Source: Clostridia bacterium (GTDB lineage: Bacteria > Bacillota > Clostridia > Monoglobales > Firm-18). Taken from it: a stretch of DNA of 64,000 nt. Location of the stretch: the NCBI GenBank assembly GCA_045654805.1, contig JAZOOD010000066.1, positions 178 to 64,177 of the forward strand, read 5' to 3'. Shown in pieces: positions 39,640-50,248 of this stretch. Made by a program: the position numbers and the translations under genes. The notes under the pieces were generated by a model that saw only the letters and a list, made by a program, of their open reading frames with translations, was not told where the DNA came from and did not search any database. Positions within the stretch are counted from its first letter, which is position 1. Each line of letters opens with the position of its first letter.

Positions 39640-39879
39640 TTATTCACACTCCGAAAGTTTTTCCTCATAATCAAGCTGACATTGATTGTCAGCATCAAGG
39701 CAGTTTTCTGCCCATTCAAGGTTTACAGCCGCCATTTCCTTGTAACCTTTTTTTAATTGATTGCAAAGTTCTTTCTTCTTTCTTCCTGCAATATAATCAT
39801 TTATTACCTCATTTTTATCAAGGTTATTATCTAAAAATGTGTCAGGTGCATCAAATACTTTCTTCTCAGATTCTGCCAC
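39640..39879 (-). CDS. ndoAI: NdoAI/MazE-type antitoxin with shortened N-terminus
   Basis: [12 protein letters not shown]...LSECE; lies between alr and ndoA. Confidence 0.8.
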   Translation of the reverse strand: MAESEKKVFDAPDTFLDNNLDKNEVINDYIAGRKKKELCNQLKKGYKEMAAVNLEWAENCLDADNQCQLDYEEKLSECE

Positions 39880-39931
39880 AATAACCATTCCCCCTAACCG
39901 CATTGCCAAAAAAACATAATTACCTGCTTCT

Positions 39932-39960
39932 ATTATATACCCTTTATGTACTCCGGTCAA
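39932..39960 (-). promoter_or_regulatory. sigmaA promoter of the antitoxin-toxin pair
   Basis: TTGACC-N17-TATAAT on the minus strand. Confidence 0.75.
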
Positions 39961-39978
39961 TGTCAATTAAAGGGATTT

Positions 39979-41127
39979 TTACATCAATAGGTTGTTATGA
40001 ATTTTAATTCTTCGGTTATTTTTCACGTAGCAACGGGGTACGCGGTTATTGATAACACAAGGAAGCTCGTAATTAATTGTACCCAACTTAACGGCAAGTT
40101 CCTCTATAGGTAAATTTTCATTTTCATCGGCGCCAAACAAAATTACTTCATCACCTATGCTAATATTATGGACATTTGTTACATCAATCATACATTGGTC
40201 CATACAAATTCTTCCTAAAATATTTGCAAAGCACCCGTTTACCAGTACTCTGCCCTTGTTAGAAAGCAATCTTGAATATCCGTCAGCATAACCTACGGCT
40301 ACTGTTGCAACCTTTATAGGCTTTTCAACCCTGTAGGTTGCACCATAGCTTACAGTTTCGCCAGGTTTCATAGTTTTAATATTTATAACCGTTGATTTAA
40401 AACTCATAAGAGGCAGTAAATCAATATCATAATTAATATCAGACGGATACATACCATAAAGGATAATCCCTGCACGCACCATATCAAGATGCATTTGAGG
40501 GAATTTTATAATAGCCGCACTGTTACAGCAATGTTTTATGGGAATAACAAGACCATTCCTTTCAAGCTCATCTGCCACATACATAAACTTATCAAACTGT
40601 GTCAAAGTCATTTCATCATCAACGTCATCAGAGCACGCAAAATGAGTAAATATACCCTCGATTTCAAGGTTTGGAAGCTTTGAAATTTCAAGTATTTCAT
40701 TTATGCTTTCCGTATCGGGAACAAATCCTATTCTCCCCATTCCTGTATCAATTTTTATATGAATTTTGGCAATTTTATTTTGCTTTTGTGCCTCGGCAGA
40801 TATAGCATTTGCAGTCTCTGTATTATATACCGCCGCAGTAATATTATATTCAACAACCTTTTCCACCGTGTCTTTTGGAGAGTTGCCTAGTATAATTATA
40901 GGTTGTGTAAAACCGCATAATCTAAGCTCCACAGCCTCATCAATAAATGCAACTGCAAGATAATCCACACCCTGTTTTACAAGATTTGAGGCTATTTCCT
41001 CCACCCCGTGGCCGTAGGCATTTGCTTTTACTATTGCACATAGCTTAACATCGCTGTTTAATTTGCTCTTAATCTGATTAACATTATGCTCAAGGTTATC
41101 AAGTGAAATATCACACCAGGTTCTCAT
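39979..41127 (-). CDS. alr: Alanine racemase
   Basis: VKANAYGHG, HIKIDTGMGRIG, VSYG, GYADG, GRICMDQ, TINYE. Confidence 0.96.
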   Translation of the reverse strand: MRTWCDISLDNLEHNVNQIKSKLNSDVKLCAIVKANAYGHGVEEIASNLVKQGVDYLAVAFIDEAVELRLCGFTQPIIILGNSPKDTVEKVVEYNITAAVYNTETANAISAEAQKQNKIAKIHIKIDTGMGRIGFVPDTESINEILEISKLPNLEIEGIFTHFACSDDVDDEMTLTQFDKFMYVADELERNGLVIPIKHCCNSAAIIKFPQMHLDMVRAGIILYGMYPSDINYDIDLLPLMSFKSTVINIKTMKPGETVSYGATYRVEKPIKVATVAVGYADGYSRLLSNKGRVLVNGCFANILGRICMDQCMIDVTNVHNISIGDEVILFGADENENLPIEELAVKLGTINYELPCVINNRVPRCYVKNNRRIKIHNNLLM

Positions 41128-42626
41128 TAAACCTCACTACCTTCCTGATTCAAAACATATTTAAGACAATCTATAATATCCGTAGCGGACATAAATTTTT
41201 TGCCCAACCTTTCCGCAGCCTTATCTCCGGCTGCGGAATGGATATAAACACCATTTGCAACAGAAGTTTTAAAATCTTCCCCCTGTGCAATACAACAACC
41301 GATTATTCCTGCAAGTACATCCCCGCTGCCTGCAGTAGCCATACCGCTGTTTCCCTTAGTATTTATATACATTTCACCATCGGGAAATGCCACAACAGTA
41401 GTTGCACACTTCAGAACCACCGCAACATTGTATTCTTTTGAAACCGCCGACGCAACATCACAAAGATTCGACTTTATATATTCAATACCAAAACCCGTAA
41501 GCCTTGACATTTCCCCAAGGTGAGGGGTAATTACAACATTATCCTTTTCCTTTAAAAGTTCCTTATCCATATAATTGAGACCGTCTGCATCTATGACCAT
41601 TGGACAATTTACACTTTTAATTACCCTATTTACAAAATCAGGTGTACAACCAAGACCGCACCCCATAACCAAAACGTCATATTTGCCCGACTGTTCAATA
41701 ACAATATCTGCTCCCTGTGGCGACATTATTCCACCACAATCCGCCACGGGAATAGTCATAACTTCCGTAAGCTTTTGCTCCATTATATTGTTTAGCGAAT
41801 ATGGAATACAAAGAGTAACAACACCGCTTCCGCATTTTAGTGCGGACATTGACGCAATATATGCAGCCCCTGTCATACCTGTTGAGCCGGCAGCCAAAAG
41901 TACCTTGCCCATACTGCCCTTGTGACAATCCTCACCGCCACGATTATTTTTAATAAATTCAATTTCTTTAACCTTTATGTCTGCATCGTGTATTGCTTTT
42001 GGCGTAAAGGATATAGACTTTACACACACTTCCCCCGCATATTCCTTTGCAGGGTAAAGACAAAGTCCCAACCTACCCACAGAAAACGTAACCGTCTTTT
42101 TACATTTTACCGCAACACCTGCCACAGTGCCATTAGTTGCGTTAACACCACTTGGAACGTCTATTGCTATAACAAATTTATCCAGACTGTTAATATAATT
42201 TATAACCTCTGTATAATATTCATCAGGAGCACCTGTACATCCAATCCCCAATATACCGTCTATTACAACATCGGCTTTTTCTATAATTTCCTTTGCTTTG
42301 GATGTAAAGCCTTTTACTATACACACCCCTGAACTCTCAGCGATTTCAAGCATAAGCTTTGCATCACCCCGAAGTGTGTTTTCATCAGTCAGCAGAATAA
42401 GTGTAACCTGCTTATTATTGCACAAAAGATGCCTTGCTGCAACACTGCCGTCACCGCCGTTATTACCCTTGCCGATAATTACCGCAAAGCTATGGGCACC
42501 TGTTTCAATTGCAGCATCCGCCACACGCATACCTGCATTTTCCATAAGCAAAGCTGATGGAATATTATATTTTTTTATTGAATTTTCATCTATTAGTCTT
42601 GCCTTGACAGAATCTGCAAGCAACAT
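41127..42626 (-). CDS. nnr: Bifunctional NAD(P)H-hydrate epimerase/dehydratase
   Basis: LMENAG, GKGNNGGDG, DVPSG, HKG.MG, DADGL, TPHLGE, GSGDVLAG. Confidence 0.93.
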   Translation of the reverse strand: MLLADSVKARLIDENSIKKYNIPSALLMENAGMRVADAAIETGAHSFAVIIGKGNNGGDGSVAARHLLCNNKQVTLILLTDENTLRGDAKLMLEIAESSGVCIVKGFTSKAKEIIEKADVVIDGILGIGCTGAPDEYYTEVINYINSLDKFVIAIDVPSGVNATNGTVAGVAVKCKKTVTFSVGRLGLCLYPAKEYAGEVCVKSISFTPKAIHDADIKVKEIEFIKNNRGGEDCHKGSMGKVLLAAGSTGMTGAAYIASMSALKCGSGVVTLCIPYSLNNIMEQKLTEVMTIPVADCGGIMSPQGADIVIEQSGKYDVLVMGCGLGCTPDFVNRVIKSVNCPMVIDADGLNYMDKELLKEKDNVVITPHLGEMSRLTGFGIEYIKSNLCDVASAVSKEYNVAVVLKCATTVVAFPDGEMYINTKGNSGMATAGSGDVLAGIIGCCIAQGEDFKTSVANGVYIHSAAGDKAAERLGKKFMSATDIIDCLKYVLNQEGSEV

Positions 42627-42639
42627 AAAAAACATCTCC

Positions 42640-43161
42640 TTACAGAGTATGATTTAACGACCTTGGAATATAGCGTGCAAAATTTTCAATCATTTTTTCA
42701 TTAGGTTCAAACAACAGACAAACCTTTTCGCTGTTATTAAAATAAATTGCAAAATAAACGTTTGGTGAATCAATATTACTTGAAGCATCAATAACCGTAT
42801 TCACACTTTTATCTTCCGCAACAGCCATATGCTCATTATTTAAAGGGGCAAAGTATTCAAAGTCCTTTAACTTAACTCTCAAAAGCTTTTTTCTGCGTTT
42901 TTTTGCAACAATCTTGTCTATATCCAAATCACCGTTTGTAACAGAATATTCAAACTCCACATTTAATGATGACCACAGTATGTACGCTCCATATACAATA
43001 AAAGCAATCTCTACGGGTATTAAAACAACAAGCTTACCTGAGCTGAATTGTACGAGCACAAGATACAAAAGCATAAAAACCACAAAGACTATTATCACAC
43101 AAGACATAATATCCTGTGAGGTTTTTTTCTTCCTGACAATACATTCGTTAAAAAAATCCAT
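42640..43161 (-). CDS. DUF6106-like membrane protein
   Basis: F.E.IV.KK, two TM segments, EFEYSVTNGDLDIDKI, LFEPNE. Confidence 0.7.
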   Translation of the reverse strand: MDFFNECIVRKKKTSQDIMSCVIIVFVVFMLLYLVLVQFSSGKLVVLIPVEIAFIVYGAYILWSSLNVEFEYSVTNGDLDIDKIVAKKRRKKLLRVKLKDFEYFAPLNNEHMAVAEDKSVNTVIDASSNIDSPNVYFAIYFNNSEKVCLLFEPNEKMIENFARYIPRSLNHTL

Positions 43162-43287
43162 TTCAGCACCTCTTTCCAAATATATAATAACACAGAAAAT
43201 TTAAATAATCAATCACAAATAATAACTTGTAATTTTACTTTAACAGTGGTATAATTATTATTAATATGTTTATAATGAGGTGTTTTT

Positions 43288-43770
43288 ATGAGAGAAAAGA
43301 TTTTAAAACTATTGGAACAGGATTTTACTTTAGAACACAGACATATAGCCACAATGTTGAACACAACAGAGGCCGCCATAGATAAAGAAATAGAAAATAT
43401 GACTGAAGAAGGAGTGTTGCTCCGAGCCAAGCCTATTATAAACTGGGAAAAAACCGACAGAGAATTTGTTACAGCAGTTATCGAGCTTAATGTTACTCCG
43501 CAAAGAGGCGAAGGCTTTGACAAAGTTGCACAAAGAATATATCAGTATCCGGAAATTAAGGATTTGTACCTTATGTCAGGGGGCTATGACCTTTCCGTTA
43601 CGATAGAGGGTAAAACCCTAAAAGAGGTTGCTATGTTTGTATCTGAAAAACTGGCACCTATGGATTGTGTTGTTTCCACGAGAACTCACTTTATACTAAA
43701 AAAATATAAACAGGACGGTACTGTTTTTGAAAAACCCCGTAAAGATGAAAGAAGCGTGATTTCACTATGA
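43288..43770 (+). CDS. Lrp/AsnC-family transcriptional regulator
   Basis: N-terminal HTH; YLMSGGYDL, THFILKKYK. Confidence 0.9.
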   Translation: MREKILKLLEQDFTLEHRHIATMLNTTEAAIDKEIENMTEEGVLLRAKPIINWEKTDREFVTAVIELNVTPQRGEGFDKVAQRIYQYPEIKDLYLMSGGYDLSVTIEGKTLKEVAMFVSEKLAPMDCVVSTRTHFILKKYKQDGTVFEKPRKDERSVISL

Positions 43771-44933
43771 ATATAGCAAATATGCTTAACCAAAAGGTTG
43801 TTGATATGAAGCCGTCGGGTATACGAAAGTTTTTTGACATCGTAGCACAGATGCCGGACGCAATATCCCTTGGCGTTGGTGAGCCTGACTTTATTACCCC
43901 TTGGCATATAAGGGAAGCAGGCATATACTCCCTTGAAAAAGGACATACATACTATACCTCAAACAGCGGTTTGGAAGAACTGCGTTTTGAAATTGCAAAC
44001 TATTTAAACAGAAGATTCAACCTTTCGTACAATTACAAAAATGAAGTGTTGGTTACAGTAGGCGGAAGCGAGGCAATAGACCTTGCTATGAGGGCATTTA
44101 TCTCCTCCGGTGATGAAGTCTTAATTCCCGAGCCTTGTTTTGTATGCTATGCACCTTGTGTGGCTATGGCAGGGGGTACTCCTGTGCCTATCGTCACTAC
44201 TGAGGCTGATGAATTCAAGCTTACAGCCAATGCTCTTAAAAATGCTATAACCCCTAAGACAAAAATACTTGTACTTGCATACCCCAACAACCCTACAGGG
44301 GCAATTATGGACAAAAAAGACCTTGAGGCAATAGCTGAAGTTTTAAGAAGTACGGATATTATCGTACTTTCTGACGAAATATATGCCGAGCTTACATACG
44401 GACAAAAGCACGTTTCTATTGCGGAAATTGACGGAATGAAGGAACGCACATTGCTTGCAAGCGGTTTTTCAAAGGCTTTTGCAATGACAGGATGGCGTCT
44501 TGGTTACATATGCGGTAATTCGGACACAATAAAGGCTATGACCAAAATACATCAGTACGGCATAATGTCCACACCTACCACAAGCCAGTATGCGGCTATT
44601 GAGGCTATGAAAAATGGTGATGACGACGTTGCATATATGGTGTCGGAATATAATCACAGAAGAAAAATCCTCGTAGAGGAGCTTAATAAAATGGGTCTCC
44701 ATTGCTTTGAACCAAAGGGTGCATTCTACGCTTTCCCTTCCATTCAATCCACAGGTATGACATCGGAACAATTTTGCGAAGAATTACTTAAAGACCAGAA
44801 GGTGGCCGTTGTTCCCGGTAACGCATTTGGCGAAAGCGGTGAGGGATTTGTACGAATTTCATACGCATACTCCATTGACGCCATAAGCCACGCTTTGGAA
44901 AAAATAGATAACTTTATAAGAAAACATAAATAA
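43767..44933 (+). CDS. Class I/II PLP aminotransferase
   Basis: LGVGEPDF, YPNNPTG, SDEIY, SKAFAMTGWRLG. Confidence 0.93.
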   Translation: MNIANMLNQKVVDMKPSGIRKFFDIVAQMPDAISLGVGEPDFITPWHIREAGIYSLEKGHTYYTSNSGLEELRFEIANYLNRRFNLSYNYKNEVLVTVGGSEAIDLAMRAFISSGDEVLIPEPCFVCYAPCVAMAGGTPVPIVTTEADEFKLTANALKNAITPKTKILVLAYPNNPTGAIMDKKDLEAIAEVLRSTDIIVLSDEIYAELTYGQKHVSIAEIDGMKERTLLASGFSKAFAMTGWRLGYICGNSDTIKAMTKIHQYGIMSTPTTSQYAAIEAMKNGDDDVAYMVSEYNHRRKILVEELNKMGLHCFEPKGAFYAFPSIQSTGMTSEQFCEELLKDQKVAVVPGNAFGESGEGFVRISYAYSIDAISHALEKIDNFIRKHK

Positions 44934-44944
44934 TTGAGGTAACT

Positions 44945-45641
44945 ATGGAAAGACTTGACAAGATACTTGCAGGCAGCGGTTTAGGCACAAGAAAAGAAGT
45001 GAAAAAGCTTGTAAAATACGGTGTAGTGAAAATAGACGGCAAGGTTGCAATCTCATCGGATATGAAAATAGACCCCGACAACTGTGAAATTACTGTAAAC
45101 GGAGAAGTATTGGTATATAAAGAATTTGTGTATCTTATGCTTAACAAGCCAGATGGTTATGTAAGTGCTACAGAGGACAATGTATACCCCACTGTTACGG
45201 AGCTTGTGCCTGAAGAATATTGGCACTTTAACGTATTTCCGGTAGGCAGGCTTGACGTTGATACGGAAGGACTTTTAATACTTACAAATGACGGTAAATT
45301 TGCCCACAACGTAACTTCACCTAAAAAAAAATATTGCAAAAAAATATTTTGTGATTCCCGAATCACCCATAACTGACGAGGACAAAAAGCTATTTGCATC
45401 AGGTATGGATTTAGGCGACTTTAAAGCTTTGCCCGCAAAACTTGAGGAATGTGACCATGGTTGTTACGTCACTATATTTGAAGGTAAATTTCATCAGGTT
45501 AAACGAATGTTTGAAAAAATAGATAATGAGGTTAAATATTTAAAGAGAGTCCAGATTGGAAGCCTTTTACTGGACGAAGACCTACGTATTGGCGAAATCA
45601 GAGAACTCTCAGAAGGAGAAATTGAGCTTTTATGGATATAA
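44945..45641 (+). pseudogene. rsuA: RsuA-family pseudouridine synthase split by a +1 frameshift in an A9 tract
   Basis: RLDK S4 domain and GRLDVDTEGLL in ORF1; EGKFHQVKRMF in ORF2. Removing one A from 45323-45331 gives a continuous PKKNIAKKYFVIPES. Confidence 0.85.
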
Positions 45642-47794
45642 ACAACAGACTTGCAGCAGAATTTAATATTAAAATTCATCAGGTGGAAAATACCGTAAAA
45701 TTAATTGATGAGGGCAATACTATTCCATTTATTGCACGTTACAGAAAGGAAGCAACGGGCTCGCTTGATGACCAGCTTTTGCGTAATCTTAACGACAGAC
45801 TTGTGTACCTACGCAATATGGAGGAACGCAAGGAGGAAATCAAAAGACTTATTGATGAACAGGGTAAGCTTACGGAAGAACTTGTACTTGCTATTGACAC
45901 CTGTGAAAAGCTTACGGAACTTGAGGATATATACCGTCCCTACAGACCAAAGCGAAGAACACGTGCTACAATAGCTAAGGAAAAGGGACTTGAACCTCTT
46001 GCAGAAATCATAATTGCACAAAATATATATGAGGGTAATATAGACGACATATGTGCACCTTTTATCAATGAAGAGAAGGAAGTTATTTCCACAGAGGACG
46101 CACTTGCAGGTGCTATGGATATTATTGCTGAAGAAATTTCCGACAACGCGGATTACAGAAAGTTTATAAGAATTTATACAATGCGTAACGGAACAATATC
46201 CTCAAAGGCTACAAACAAAGAGGAAACCGAGAAAAAACGTGATGTTTACCAGATGTATCACGAATTTTCCGAGCCTTTAAAGGCAATTGCAAGACACAGA
46301 GTACTTGCAATAAACCGCGGTGAATCAGAGGAGTTTTTGTCAGTTAAAATAGAGGTTGAGCCCGAGGGCATAATTTCACACCTCTATGGTCAGCTTGTAC
46401 CTGAAAAACGCAGTATAACAAGTGAATATGTAGAGCTCGCCGCTGCAGATGCATACAAAAGACTTATTATGCCAAGTATTGAAAATGAGCTTAGAAATCA
46501 GCTTACGGACAATGCTCAGGAAGGTGCTATGAAGATTTTTTCCGAAAATCTTAAAAATCTTTTATTACAGGCACCCATTAAAAATAAAGTGGTTTTGGGT
46601 TACGACCCAGGGTATCGTACAGGATGCAAATTAGCTGTAGTTGACGGAACAGGCAGAGTTTTGGACGTAGGTGTTATATATCCTACCCCTCCTACTACTC
46701 CTGCAAAAATTGAGGACGCAAAGAAAAAGGTTGCGTCACTTATCAGCAAGCACAATGTTGACATTATATCAATAGGTAATGGCACAGCTTCTAAGGAAAG
46801 TGAAATTTTTATTGCGGAACTTATAAAGGAAACAAACAGTAGTGCTGTATATATTATGACTAATGAGTCAGGTGCGTCTGTATATTCAGCATCAAAGCTT
46901 GCGGCAGAGGAATTTCCGGATTATGACGTTTCTCAACGCAGTGCTGTTTCAATCGCAAGACGTATTCAGGACCCATTGGCTGAGCTTGTTAAAATTGACC
47001 CTAAATCTATAGGTGTAGGTCAGTATCAGCACGATATGAACCAAAAACGTTTAAGTGAAGCTTTAGGCGGTGTTGTTGAGGACTGTGTTAACAGCGTCGG
47101 TGTAGACCTTAACACTGCCTCACCATCATTGCTTTCATACATTTCAGGAATAAACGGTACAATTGCCAAAAATATCGTTGCATACCGTGAAGAAAACGGC
47201 AAGTTCAAAAACAGAACTCAGCTCAAAAAGGTTGCAAAATTAGGTCCGAAGGCATACGAACAATGCGCAGGTTTCCTACGTATTACAGACGGGGACAATA
47301 TTTTGGACAACACATCTGTGCATCCCGAATCCTATGATGCCACTAAGGAACTGATATCCGTTTTGGGTTGCACAATAAACGATGTAGGTACAAAGGAGCT
47401 TAACACCAAGCTTGAAAAGGTAAACAAAGACGAAATTGCACCCAAGCTGGGCATTGGTATCCCTACACTTAACGATATTATAAACGAACTTCAAAAACCG
47501 GGCAGAGACCCTCGTGATGAAATTGCTCCACCGGTACTGCGTACAGACGTTATGGATATGAAGGATTTAAAACCCGGTATGATTATGGACGGTACTGTAC
47601 GTAATGTTATTGATTTCGGTGCATTTGTAGATATCGGTGTACATCAGGACGGTCTTGTCCACATTTCACAGATATCCTACAAATACATCAAGCATCCTAT
47701 GGAGGCAGTGGCAATCGGTGATGTTGTAAAGGTAAAAATTATTGACGTAGATGTTGCAAAAAAACGTATTTCTTTGTCTATGAAGGATATCTGA
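45632..47794 (+). CDS. tex: Tex-family RNA-binding transcription accessory protein
   Basis: GNTIPFIARYRKE, DPGYRTGCK, GVGQYQHD, C-terminal S1 domain. Confidence 0.95.
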   Translation: MDINNRLAAEFNIKIHQVENTVKLIDEGNTIPFIARYRKEATGSLDDQLLRNLNDRLVYLRNMEERKEEIKRLIDEQGKLTEELVLAIDTCEKLTELEDIYRPYRPKRRTRATIAKEKGLEPLAEIIIAQNIYEGNIDDICAPFINEEKEVISTEDALAGAMDIIAEEISDNADYRKFIRIYTMRNGTISSKATNKEETEKKRDVYQMYHEFSEPLKAIARHRVLAINRGESEEFLSVKIEVEPEGIISHLYGQLVPEKRSITSEYVELAAADAYKRLIMPSIENELRNQLTDNAQEGAMKIFSENLKNLLLQAPIKNKVVLGYDPGYRTGCKLAVVDGTGRVLDVGVIYPTPPTTPAKIEDAKKKVASLISKHNVDIISIGNGTASKESEIFIAELIKETNSSAVYIMTNESGASVYSASKLAAEEFPDYDVSQRSAVSIARRIQDPLAELVKIDPKSIGVGQYQHDMNQKRLSEALGGVVEDCVNSVGVDLNTASPSLLSYISGINGTIAKNIVAYREENGKFKNRTQLKKVAKLGPKAYEQCAGFLRITDGDNILDNTSVHPESYDATKELISVLGCTINDVGTKELNTKLEKVNKDEIAPKLGIGIPTLNDIINELQKPGRDPRDEIAPPVLRTDVMDMKDLKPGMIMDGTVRNVIDFGAFVDIGVHQDGLVHISQISYKYIKHPMEAVAIGDVVKVKIIDVDVAKKRISLSMKDI

Positions 47795-48001
47795 TTACAA
47801 AAAAAATATACCTTTTTTAATACTTTTTGTACAAAATAACCAACAAAAGGGGCTTTTTTTAAGTAAAAAAGCCTCTTTTTATTTTGTTTGTATAAAATAC
47901 CTAAAATACATCAATTTTTTTGGGCAATTAGTTGGTGGCATAAATTTCGGGTTTATGTTATTATATTTGTAGTTAAAATAAAACAAACGGAGGTATAAAT
48001 A

Positions 48002-49114
48002 ATGTCAGATTTGAAACTAAAGAATATTTACAAAAGATATGCTGGCGGCGTTACTGCTGTTACAGATTTTAACCTTGATATTGAAGATAAAGAATTTATC
48101 ATTCTGGTTGGTCCTTCAGGTTGCGGTAAGTCTACAACACTTCGTATGATTGCCGGTCTTGAAGAAATTTCCGATGGTGAGCTTTACATTGACGGCAAGC
48201 TTGTTAATGACGTAGCTCCTAAGGACAGAGATATTGCGATGGTTTTCCAGAACTACGCTTTGTATCCTCATATGACAGTATTTGACAATATGGCTTTTGG
48301 TCTTAAGCTTCGTAAGATTCCTAAGAACGAAATCAGACGCCGTGTTGAAGAAGCTGCTAAGATTTTGGACATCTCTCACTTGCTTGACAGAAAGCCAAAG
48401 GCTCTTTCCGGCGGTCAGAGACAGCGTGTTGCTTTGGGACGTGCTATCGTTCGTGAACCTAAGGTATTCCTTATGGACGAACCTCTTTCAAACCTTGATG
48501 CTAAGCTAAGAGTTCAGATGAGATCTGAAATCGGTAAACTACATAAAAAACTTCAGACAACATTTATCTACGTTACTCATGACCAGACAGAGGCTATGAC
48601 AATGGGTACAAGAATTGTTGTTATGAAGGACGGTATTGTTCAGCAGGTTAATACTCCTATTGAACTTTACGAAAGACCAAGAAATATGTTCGTTGCTGGA
48701 TTTATCGGTAGCCCACAGATGAACTTCTTCAACGTTAAGCTTGAAAAAGACGGTGATGATGTTTATGCAATTCTTGGTAACGACAAGGTTAAGCTTCCAC
48801 AGGGTAAAGCTTCTAATCCTGCTGTTGAATCTTACATCGGTAAGGAAGTTGTTCTTGGCATCAGACCGGAACATATGCACGATGAAGAAACATTTATCGC
48901 TAACCAGCCTGACGGCGTTGTTACCGCATATGTGGATATTACAGAAATGATGGGTGCTGAAACATACTTGTACTTGTCAATAAATGATACAAAGTCTATT
49001 GCAAGAGTAAATGCCCGCTCTAATGCTCAGCTTGGCGACACAATCAAGGTTGCTTTTGACCTTAACAAGATTCACTTGTTCGACAAGGACACAGAGCTTA
49101 CAATCATTAACTAA
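48002..49114 (+). CDS. msmX: Multiple-sugar ABC transporter ATPase (MsmX/UgpC type)
   Basis: [30 protein letters not shown] domain; no permease adjacent. Confidence 0.9.
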   Translation: MSDLKLKNIYKRYAGGVTAVTDFNLDIEDKEFIILVGPSGCGKSTTLRMIAGLEEISDGELYIDGKLVNDVAPKDRDIAMVFQNYALYPHMTVFDNMAFGLKLRKIPKNEIRRRVEEAAKILDISHLLDRKPKALSGGQRQRVALGRAIVREPKVFLMDEPLSNLDAKLRVQMRSEIGKLHKKLQTTFIYVTHDQTEAMTMGTRIVVMKDGIVQQVNTPIELYERPRNMFVAGFIGSPQMNFFNVKLEKDGDDVYAILGNDKVKLPQGKASNPAVESYIGKEVVLGIRPEHMHDEETFIANQPDGVVTAYVDITEMMGAETYLYLSINDTKSIARVNARSNAQLGDTIKVAFDLNKIHLFDKDTELTIIN

Positions 49115-49121
49115 TAACTAT

Positions 49122-49149
49122 AAAAGCAGAGATATAAATCTCTGCTTTT
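49122..49149 (+). terminator. Intrinsic terminator after msmX
   Basis: AAAAGCAGAGAT-ATAA-ATCTCTGCTTTT. Confidence 0.75.
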
Positions 49150-49166
49150 AATTTTAAGGTGATATT

Positions 49167-49940
49167 ATGTTATTTCAAAAATGGTATAAAAATATAAACC
49201 CAAATACCGAATTTATCGCCCAAAATGTAAAGTATTACAAAACCGTCGACTCCACCAACAACGTAGCTTGTGACGATGATTGCCAAAACGGTACATTATT
49301 TATTGCGGAAAAACAAACCAACGGCAAAGGACGTATGGGCAGAAAGTGGATTTCCAAAAAAGGTGACAGCATATTGATGAGTTTAGCTTTGATACCCCAA
49401 ATCAGGGCTGAGAGAATTAATCTTATAACCTTAGTTACAGGGATTTCGGTATGTGAAGCATTAAATAAAATATACAATATACCGTTTAAAATCAAATGGC
49501 CCAATGACATAGTTATTGACGGAAAGAAAATATGCGGAATATTAACAGAGGGCAAAAATACAAGAATTATAATCGGTATAGGCATTAACGCTAACCAAAA
49601 TTCCTTTACGGAAGATATAAGCCACATTGCGACATCTTTATATATGCTTACGGGCAAAAAATCTGACAGGGCAAAAATTATCAATGTCTTTGCCGAAATA
49701 TTTGAAAACCACTATGTTTCATTATTAAAAGGCGATACAGACGGCATAATAGAGAAGTATAAAAAATTATGTGTCAATATGGATATGGATATAATTGCTG
49801 TAAAAAATAACAATAAAATACAAGGTAAAGCAATAGATATATCCAAAACAGGCGAACTTATAATAAAAAAAGAGGACGGTACAACCCTGAACATAAATTC
49901 AGGCGAAGTATCAGTCCGTGGAATGTATGGCTATATTTAA
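49167..49940 (+). CDS. birA: Biotin protein ligase without N-terminal HTH
   Basis: DSTN, QTNGKGRMGRKW, KWPNDI...KICGIL, SGEVS. Confidence 0.92.
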   Translation: MLFQKWYKNINPNTEFIAQNVKYYKTVDSTNNVACDDDCQNGTLFIAEKQTNGKGRMGRKWISKKGDSILMSLALIPQIRAERINLITLVTGISVCEALNKIYNIPFKIKWPNDIVIDGKKICGILTEGKNTRIIIGIGINANQNSFTEDISHIATSLYMLTGKKSDRAKIINVFAEIFENHYVSLLKGDTDGIIEKYKKLCVNMDMDIIAVKNNNKIQGKAIDISKTGELIIKKEDGTTLNINSGEVSVRGMYGYI

Positions 49941-50167
49941 TCAATGGAAAAATCCATTTTCGCAATCTTGCTTTTATCCAAAGAGCGGTTGCGCTTAGCA
50001 GTTTTAGCCATTATATCAAGGGAGAATTTTTTGCAAATATGGTCAGGGGCTACAATGCCTTTCTTTTCACAGCTGAGTTCATTTAACCCCGCAAGAGGCT
50101 TTGAATAAACACAACAGCTACAGCTTGGGGCTCTGTCATCCTGACTAAGTTTAATTATACTCTGCAC
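49937..50167 (-). CDS. Small Cys-rich hypothetical protein (possible Zn binder)
   Basis: RBS AAGGAG, GTG start; CSCC...C.KKG...CKKF; ends DFSID. Confidence 0.65.
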   Translation of the reverse strand: MQSIIKLSQDDRAPSCSCCVYSKPLAGLNELSCEKKGIVAPDHICKKFSLDIMAKTAKRNRSLDKSKIAKMDFSID

Positions 50168-50248
50168 ATTATCACTCCTTGTTACAATACTACATTAATT
50201 ATACATACTCATTTTAAAAAAGTCAATATAAAATAAGGGGGAATAGTT

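Noticed and set aside
47936-47950. sigma54 promoter (TGGCA) upstream of msmX
   Set aside because: No GC at the -12 position.
49167-49940. BirA lacking the HTH as a novelty
   Set aside because: Group I biotin ligases without a DNA-binding domain are common.
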